A stretch of 64,000 nt of DNA from an uncultured Melioribacter sp. (GTDB lineage: Bacteria > Bacteroidota > Ignavibacteria > Ignavibacteriales > Melioribacteraceae). Positions within the stretch are counted from its first letter, which is position 1. Every line of letters starts with the position of its first letter. The DNA lies in NCBI GenBank assembly GCA_964464825.1, contig CAYXKL010000002.1, forward strand, positions 520 through 64,519, read 5' to 3'. Of the stretch, positions 57,997 through 64,000 are shown piece by piece. The notes below the pieces were generated by a model. The model was not told where the DNA came from and made no database searches. It worked only from the letters and a program-made list of their open reading frames with translations. The position numbers and the translations under genes are program-made.

Positions 57997-58425
57997 ATGA
58001 ATAAAGAAAACCACAGAAACATCATAATAGATAAAAAACTGAAGGTTACTCCGCAAAGAATGGCGGTGCTGGAAGCTCTGTCTCATCTGAAAAATCATCC
58101 GACCGCAGATAATATTATCGAATTCATTAAATCTAATCACCCGAACATTGCCGTTGGAACAATCTATAAAACGCTTGAGACATTTGTTGAGGTGGGTTTA
58201 ATTAAAAAAGTGAAAACAGAAAAAGATGTTATGAGATATGACTCGATTCTCGATAATCATCACCATCTTTACGCTTCGGATACAGAACATATAGAGGATT
58301 ATTTTGATAACGAACTGGACGCAATGATTGATAAATATTTTAAAAAGAAAAAAATACCAAACTTTGTTATTGAAGATGTTAAAGTACAGATAATCGGAAA
58401 GTTTAAGAAAATCAAAACCAATTAA
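57997..58425 (+). CDS. Fur-family metalloregulator, PerR-like by context, completely lacking cysteines
   Basis: 142 aa. Fur winged helix (KVTPQRMAVLEAL...GTIYKTLETF) and an HHHL block are present. No CxxC pairs occur anywhere. The gene sits directly upstream of peroxiredoxin and catalase. Confidence 0.8.
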   Translation: MNKENHRNIIIDKKLKVTPQRMAVLEALSHLKNHPTADNIIEFIKSNHPNIAVGTIYKTLETFVEVGLIKKVKTEKDVMRYDSILDNHHHLYASDTEHIEDYFDNELDAMIDKYFKKKKIPNFVIEDVKVQIIGKFKKIKTN

Positions 58426-58532
58426 AGACGAAACGTTGAACAAAGTTCATGCGCTTAATCGATGAAACGGAATAATATCAGTTTCATCATATATATATAT
58501 AGAAAACCATATAATATAAAAGGAGCAGTAAA

Positions 58533-59240
58533 ATGGAACAAAATCAAGCAGTATCAATGCCGAGAATAGGTGATAAAGCGCCTGAATTTAAAGCAGTTAC
58601 AACACAAGGAGAAATTAATTTTCCGACTGATTACAAAGGAAGCTGGGTTATACTTTTCAGCCATCCGGCAGATTTTACACCCGTGTGCACTTCGGAGTTT
58701 ATGACCTTTGCAAATATGGAAAAACAATTTGAAGAAGCTAACTGCAAACTAGTCGGCTTATCAGTTGACGGACTTTACAGTCATATTGCGTGGCTTCGTA
58801 CTATCAAAGAAAAAATTGAATACAAAGGGATGAAAAACATCGAAGTGAAATTTCCATTGATAGAAGATATTACAATGGAAGTTGCAAAGAAATATGGAAT
58901 GATCCAACCCGGTGAAAGCAACACCAAAGCTGTACGCGCAGTATTTTTTATTGATCCCAAAGGAATAATCAGAACAATAATTTATTATCCGTTAAGTCTG
59001 GGTAGAAATTTTGATGAACTTTATCGTGTTTTAATTGCATTGCAGACAGCTGACGCATTTTCAATTGCGACACCGGCAGATTGGAGACCGGGTGATGATG
59101 TTATAATTCCGCCGGCCGGATCTTGCGGTACGGCAAAGGATAGAATGGAAGGTAAAGAAGATATGAAATGTTACGATTGGTTCTTCTGTACAAAAGAACT
59201 AAAAAAGGAAACAGTATTTAAAACTGTGTTGAAAAAGTAA
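58533..59240 (+). CDS. Peroxiredoxin, Prx6/1-Cys type with Cys-containing C-terminal extension
   Basis: 235 aa. SHPADFTPVCTSE peroxidatic Cys motif and C-terminal GSCGTA...CYDWFFC. Confidence 0.9.
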   Translation: MEQNQAVSMPRIGDKAPEFKAVTTQGEINFPTDYKGSWVILFSHPADFTPVCTSEFMTFANMEKQFEEANCKLVGLSVDGLYSHIAWLRTIKEKIEYKGMKNIEVKFPLIEDITMEVAKKYGMIQPGESNTKAVRAVFFIDPKGIIRTIIYYPLSLGRNFDELYRVLIALQTADAFSIATPADWRPGDDVIIPPAGSCGTAKDRMEGKEDMKCYDWFFCTKELKKETVFKTVLKK

Positions 59241-59250
59241 TTAATTATAA

Positions 59251-59280
59251 AATAGGGTGGTCTTTATTGATCACCCTATT
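59251..59280 (+). terminator. Hairpin after the peroxiredoxin gene
   Basis: AATAGGGTG-12 nt-CACCCTATT, a perfect 9-bp stem. There is no strong T-run. Confidence 0.45.
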
Positions 59281-59411
59281 AATTAAGCTTTATTTATTCT
59301 TTTTCTCTCGCATAACATATCATATCTCAGTTTTTCTGTGAATCAAATTTTGTTGATATAAAACTGATTCATTTTATTATCTATTAAAAACCAATTATGA
59401 AAGGAGCTTAA

Positions 59412-60905
59412 ATGAAAGAGAAAAAAAGAAAGCTTACCACAGCATCAGGCCGTCCGTATGCCGAGCATGAAAATACAATGACTGTTGGACCGCGCGGACC
59501 GGTACTTCTGCAAGATTATTTTTATCACGAAAAGATGGCACACTTCAACCGCGAGAGAATTCCCGAACGTGTTGTTCATGCAAAAGGAAGCGGTGCGTTC
59601 GGTACATTCACAGTTACGAATGATATTACCAAATACACACGCGCAAAACTTTTTTCAAAGATTGGAAATAAATGTAGAGTCTTTTTAAGATTCTCTACAG
59701 TAGGAGGCGAAAAAGGAAGTGCCGATACCGAAAGAGACCCGAGAGGATTTGCAATTAAATTTTATACAGAAGACGGCAATTGGGATTTAGTCGGCAATAA
59801 CACTCCGGTATTTTTCATTAAAGATCCGAAAAAATTTGATGATTTTATTCACACACAAAAACGCGATCCGAAAACAAATTTGAAAAGTCCAACTATGATG
59901 TGGGACTATTGGTCACTTAATCCTGAAAGTCTGCATCAAGTTATGATTCTGATGAGCGACAGAGGAACACCGGATGGTTACCGTCATATGAATGGATATG
60001 GCAGTCATACATTTTCAATGTTTAACAATAAAAACGAAAGAGTCTGGGTAAAATTCCATTTCAAAACTCAGCAAGGAATAAAAAACTTCACTGGAAAGGA
60101 AGCAGATGAAATGCGCGGCAAAGATCCAGATTATGCTCAGCGAGATTTAATTGAAGCAATAGAGAAAAAAGATTTTCCGAAATGGACACTTAAAATTCAA
60201 GTAATGACAGACGTGCAAGCTAAAAATTTCAAATGGAATCCGTTTGATCTTACAAAAGTATGGCCCCATGCAGAGTATCCGCTTATAGATGTTGGCATTC
60301 TGGAATTAAATGAAACTCCCCAAAATTATTTTGCAGATGTTGAACAAGCGGCATTTGCACCGGCTCATACAATAGACGGAATAGGCTGGTCGCCGGATAA
60401 AATGCTGCAAGGAAGAATCCTTTCTTATCCCGATGCACACCGTTACAGACTTGGTGTTAATTACGAGCAGATACCGGTTAATAAATGTCCGTATGCGGTT
60501 AATAATTATCAGCGCGATGGTGCAATGCGTGTAGATGGAAATGGCGGCAGCGATCCGAATTATTTCCCGAATAGTTTTGATGATATTTATGCAGATGAAT
60601 CATATAAAGAACCGGCAATGATACTTGATTCGAATATTGCAGACTGGTATGACCGCAACGCTCCGGGAGAAGATGATCACTATACCCAGCCTGGATTGTT
60701 ATTTACAAAAGCAATGAACGAACAAGAGAGAAAAAATACTATTAATAATATTGTCGGTGCAATGAGCGGAATTACCGGACCGAAACGCGATGAGATTATT
60801 AACCGTCAGCTTTGCCATTTCTTCCGTGCTAATGTTGAACTCGGTATGGCTGTTGCTCAAGGACTTGGTGTTAATGTAGATGAAAGTATGCTGAAGCAGA
60901 AATAA
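59412..60905 (+). CDS. katA: Monofunctional heme catalase (small-subunit, clade 3-like)
   Basis: 497 aa. RERIPERVVHAKG (distal His), FSTVGGEKGSADT and RILSYPDAHRYRLG (proximal Tyr) are present. Confidence 0.97.
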   Translation: MKEKKRKLTTASGRPYAEHENTMTVGPRGPVLLQDYFYHEKMAHFNRERIPERVVHAKGSGAFGTFTVTNDITKYTRAKLFSKIGNKCRVFLRFSTVGGEKGSADTERDPRGFAIKFYTEDGNWDLVGNNTPVFFIKDPKKFDDFIHTQKRDPKTNLKSPTMMWDYWSLNPESLHQVMILMSDRGTPDGYRHMNGYGSHTFSMFNNKNERVWVKFHFKTQQGIKNFTGKEADEMRGKDPDYAQRDLIEAIEKKDFPKWTLKIQVMTDVQAKNFKWNPFDLTKVWPHAEYPLIDVGILELNETPQNYFADVEQAAFAPAHTIDGIGWSPDKMLQGRILSYPDAHRYRLGVNYEQIPVNKCPYAVNNYQRDGAMRVDGNGGSDPNYFPNSFDDIYADESYKEPAMILDSNIADWYDRNAPGEDDHYTQPGLLFTKAMNEQERKNTINNIVGAMSGITGPKRDEIINRQLCHFFRANVELGMAVAQGLGVNVDESMLKQK

Positions 60906-60920
60906 ATATGATTTAAAAAA

Positions 60921-60946
60921 TTCCATCCCGATTTACCGGGATGGAA
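60921..60946. terminator. Bidirectional rho-independent terminator between katA and the T9SS cargo gene
   Basis: TTCCATCCCG-ATTTAC-CGGGATGGAA is a 10-bp perfect stem, flanked by an A-run upstream and a T-run downstream. Confidence 0.75.
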
Positions 60947-60962
60947 TTTTTATTTATTCAAA

Positions 60963-61217
60963 CTATTTTATTACCATCATCTTCTTTACTTGTGTAAAAT
61001 TACCCGAAACTAATTTATAGAAATAAACTCCGGTTGGCAGAATTGTGCTTTCAGAATTCAAATTAAAAACCGCCTCATGATAACCGGCACTTTGATACTT
61101 ATCGACAAGTTTAATTAATTCATTTCCAATAACATCATAAATAGAAATTGTTACATGACCAGATTCCGGCAATCCGTATCTGATAATTGTAGATGGATTG
61201 AACGGGTTGGGATAATT
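60963..61217 (-). other. T9SS C-terminal sorting domain coding segment, separated from its gene body by an in-frame TAG
   Basis: In the same frame as 61218..63668, the sequence immediately after the TAG reads NYPNPFNPSTIIRYGLPESGHVTISIYDVIGNEL...GVYFYKLVSGNFTQVKKMMVIK. This is the canonical Por/T9SS CTD. Confidence 0.8.
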
Positions 61218-63668
61218 CTATGCAAGAACATATTTCTCCGGCATGCCTGAAAACAAATCATCTACACTAACGCCAACGTCCTGGCGTACCTCTACATTTT
61301 TAGGACTGCCCAGCGTATTAGCTGCTGTAATTGTTATAGTGCCAATTCTTGCGGCCCCGGTATTTGTTTCATAAGCAAATGAAATTGTTCCGTTGTTTGT
61401 TCCGGAAGTGCCCGAATTAATTGTTAACCATAAAGCGTTTGAAGATGCTGTCCAATTCATTGTTCCGCCGGTTGTGTTGGTTACTGTAAATATGCCGTTA
61501 CCGGAAGCAGCCGGAACATCGATAAAATCCGGACCCACAGCAAGTGTTGGAGTAATTGCAAAATTTGCAACAAGATTTCTATCTCCATTCAATTTAAAAG
61601 TATAATTGATATTAGTTGATACTTCATTTGAATTTTCAGTCCAATTAACGAAACTATAACCCATAATAGGTTGAGCTGAAACGGTAATTTGTGTCCCGGC
61701 CGAGTAAGTTCCTACTCCGCTTGTTGTTCCATAATTAGGAGGATTACTGCTTGCTGTAACTGTGTACTGAACTTGTGTTGATGTTTCAAGTTTTAATCCC
61801 CAGCAGTTTATTACTCTTAACATATTTCCGGTTGATGCATCTGTAACTTTTATTTTCCACCAGCCGTCGGCTTTAGCTCCATATGCATCCCACAGACTTC
61901 CAGCCGGTTTAATCATCGGACTGAAAGGTGCAAGCTGAAGATTATTATATGTAAAGTTTGAATCTGCACCGTGCACTATTAAAGCGATTAAATCATTGCT
62001 TGTATAATTTGTATTGGGATCAGGTGAAAGCTTGGTTGAAAATCCGCCGGGACCGTATAATGTAATATCTAATCCGCCGACAGATCCATGATTGATCATT
62101 AAAGCTGCTTCTAAATTTTCTACAGATAAACTTGTACCGGGAACAAAAATTGAATCATATACTGTAACTCCGGGATTAATTACTGTTTTTTCAGAACTAA
62201 GAAAAAAATCATTCTGATCGTATTGTGCAACCGGAAATAATACCGGCGAGCTGTGAGTGTTTTGAGTTTTTGCAGAGTTAATTTTTGCATTGCCTCTGAA
62301 TCTAAGAGAAGAAGTCGTTTCTATTCCGCTGTTGGCTGCAGTCAGCAGATTTGTTAAATGATCGAAAGCATAAGTACAGCTTCCGGAAAAACCGTTTGTA
62401 ACAGCACGGGTTGAATACATTGTTGATTGTATTTCCTCTTCAGTCCGTGCAGTATTTTTCCAAATCCGAACCTCATCTATAAAACCTTTGAATCTTGAAC
62501 TAAGATCTGTATCACCAATTCCGGCACGGCCGATGTACAAACTATCATCATTGCTCTCTATTAATGGTTTTGAAAGAGTTACAATTTCAGCAACCTCTTT
62601 TGCATTAATATATAATTTGGAAATACCGTCAGCAGAATTATAAGTACCGGCAACATGATACCATTTATCATCTGTAATTGCATTTGCAAATTCTACCGTT
62701 CCGCCGGACCCGATATCAAAAGCCAAAGTACTATTCATAAGTTTCAAGTGATAATCCATCCGCCCGCCGCTGATTGAACTTGCTTTACTTACAATGAATT
62801 GGAATTCACTAACGGGAGGAGTAAGATCCCGGCGTATCCATGCTTCTACAGTTATTGCAGTTGTTGAGTTGAAGTCGCCGCTATTGGGAGCGACACAGTG
62901 AGAGTTTCCATCTAGATAAAGGGAATTATTAAAATCAAAATAATTACCGGGTTTAGTATTATAACTTACCATATTAACATTTTGTATAGTCCCGGTATTA
63001 TTTACAAGACCGCTCCAATCTTCTCCGGACCAGTCTAATAAATAAGATGCAGCTAATCCTCCGTAAGTACCGTCATCACCCCGGTATTGTAATGGGATGT
63101 ACATATTTTCTAAAATTTGAGTTTCTGTTCTGGCTACACTCCATATTCTTACATTATCAATATATCCGTTCCAAAAATAAGTTTTGGTGGTTCCGTCTCT
63201 ATCACAGCCGATGTATAGTGGATCAGCATTTACAGCTAATGCACCGGATGCAAGATTTGCAGAGGCATCTAATTGACCGTTGATATATAACCGGGTTGTT
63301 GTCCCGTCGTATGTTGCGGCAACATGAGTCCACGTATCAAGCGGTATAACCGTATTGCCATCAACACGAGATGCAGCACCTTTCGGATAAAAACGAAGCT
63401 TTCCTTCTCCGCAATTCAAGCCGAACCAATATGATGAATTCCAGTTTTTTCCGACTATACAGTTGCATCCGTTATTAACTTTCGGATAAACCCATGCTTC
63501 AATTGTTATTGCAGCAGTTGGATTCAACTCAGCGTTATCGGGAATATCAACATAACTTGTTGTTCCATTGAAACTGGCGGCGTAGTTGTACTGATACTGT
63601 GAATAGGAATTACTGAAGCAGAAAAATATAATTAGGAGTGGATATAAAAATGATAGATTTTTTTTCAT
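61218..63668 (-). CDS. Secreted multi-LamG (concanavalin-like) protein with proprotein-convertase P-domain-like and Ig-like repeats; T9SS cargo truncated before its CTD
   Basis: 816 aa with a signal peptide. Three LamG-like repeats carry a recurring motif: DNVRIWS, DEVRIWK, and WTHVAATYDG / WYHVAGTYN. A P-domain-like segment (GGLDITLYGPGG...WWKIKVTD) follows. The ORF ends ...EKYVLA then TAG. Confidence 0.8.
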   Translation of the reverse strand: MKKNLSFLYPLLIIFFCFSNSYSQYQYNYAASFNGTTSYVDIPDNAELNPTAAITIEAWVYPKVNNGCNCIVGKNWNSSYWFGLNCGEGKLRFYPKGAASRVDGNTVIPLDTWTHVAATYDGTTTRLYINGQLDASANLASGALAVNADPLYIGCDRDGTTKTYFWNGYIDNVRIWSVARTETQILENMYIPLQYRGDDGTYGGLAASYLLDWSGEDWSGLVNNTGTIQNVNMVSYNTKPGNYFDFNNSLYLDGNSHCVAPNSGDFNSTTAITVEAWIRRDLTPPVSEFQFIVSKASSISGGRMDYHLKLMNSTLAFDIGSGGTVEFANAITDDKWYHVAGTYNSADGISKLYINAKEVAEIVTLSKPLIESNDDSLYIGRAGIGDTDLSSRFKGFIDEVRIWKNTARTEEEIQSTMYSTRAVTNGFSGSCTYAFDHLTNLLTAANSGIETTSSLRFRGNAKINSAKTQNTHSSPVLFPVAQYDQNDFFLSSEKTVINPGVTVYDSIFVPGTSLSVENLEAALMINHGSVGGLDITLYGPGGFSTKLSPDPNTNYTSNDLIALIVHGADSNFTYNNLQLAPFSPMIKPAGSLWDAYGAKADGWWKIKVTDASTGNMLRVINCWGLKLETSTQVQYTVTASSNPPNYGTTSGVGTYSAGTQITVSAQPIMGYSFVNWTENSNEVSTNINYTFKLNGDRNLVANFAITPTLAVGPDFIDVPAASGNGIFTVTNTTGGTMNWTASSNALWLTINSGTSGTNNGTISFAYETNTGAARIGTITITAANTLGSPKNVEVRQDVGVSVDDLFSGMPEKYVLA

Positions 63669-64000
63669 GGCAATCTCCGCTACTGTTTGTTCAATCTATT
63701 TTTTTTGAAATAATGAACAACTCAAATACAGACAGCAAAAGAAGATCTATAATTACTTGTTAATGATTGCCTTATAAATTTTAATGATAGGTAAAAGAAA
63801 GATGTTAGCGGATTGATCATTGGAGTTGTTAATAATCACCTAATTCTACTGTTTAATCTGTCAAACTATTAACACAAATGCAATGTTTTTAAGATACTTG
63901 TTAATCAATTTTAACGGAATTTAAAGGACTATTGAGATAATAACACATATTGTATTGTTCATTTTTTATGATATGGATGTGAAAGCTTTTTATTCTTGTA

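Noticed and set aside
61218-61220. Genome-wide reassignment of TAG to a sense codon as the explanation for the in-frame TAG
   Set aside because: TAG terminates other well-defined genes at plausible native C-termini in this window, for example clpB at 16907-16909 and cstA at 47498-47500. No other gene shows in-frame TAGs. Local mutation, sequencing error or site-specific readthrough is more likely.
1-64000. CRISPR arrays, tRNA/rRNA genes, transposases, integrases or prophage blocks
   Set aside because: I found no regularly spaced direct repeats, no tRNA-like T-arm/acceptor signatures in spacers, and no ORF with DDE, tyrosine or serine recombinase or phage structural motifs. My scanning by eye is not exhaustive. 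tRNAscan-SE, Infernal and ISfinder searches would confirm.

Overview
Gene-dense, low-GC chromosomal segment with about 55 credible protein genes. Gene content suggests a Bacteroidota/Ignavibacteriota-type (FCB group) organism: a T9SS C-terminal sorting domain, GWxTD, DUF3078, DUF5916/CBM9 and GH97. Most of the window is housekeeping. It holds an origin-proximal-style mnmE-mnmG-rsmG cluster with two parS-like sites, clpB, uvrB, nhaA and cstA. It also holds an aspartate-pathway operon (aspartate kinase-asd-thrB-thrC), a DEAD-box helicase, bacterioferritin, thiolase, and an oxidative-stress cluster (Cys-less Fur/PerR-like regulator, 1-Cys peroxiredoxin, catalase). The accessory or unusual content is as follows. 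(1) A solitary 372-aa SIR2_2-type (defence-sirtuin-like) gene sits between rsmG and a PadR regulator. (2) A compact, A-rich type II restriction-modification pair combines an SPPY-motif methyltransferase with an MvaI/BcnI/MutH-like endonuclease. (3) An N-terminally minimal KdpD-type kinase plus KdpE lies divergent from a KimA-like K+ transporter rather than kdpFABC, with a perfect 11-bp tandem repeat in the shared promoter region. (4) A MarR-controlled quinone/hydroquinone-detoxification-like operon is present. (5) Several genes look damaged: a T9SS cargo protein with an in-frame TAG exactly at the conserved Gln of its sorting domain, a frameshifted beta-barrel OMP, a 63-aa DUF262 stub and a C-terminally short YdeI. 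A C1B peptidase also has its catalytic Cys replaced by Gly. (6) Several families of short intergenic hairpins and repeats occur. I recognised no rRNA, tRNA, CRISPR array, transposase or integrase. Motif coordinates were counted by hand and may be off by 1-2 nt. All family assignments come from motif recognition, not database searches.
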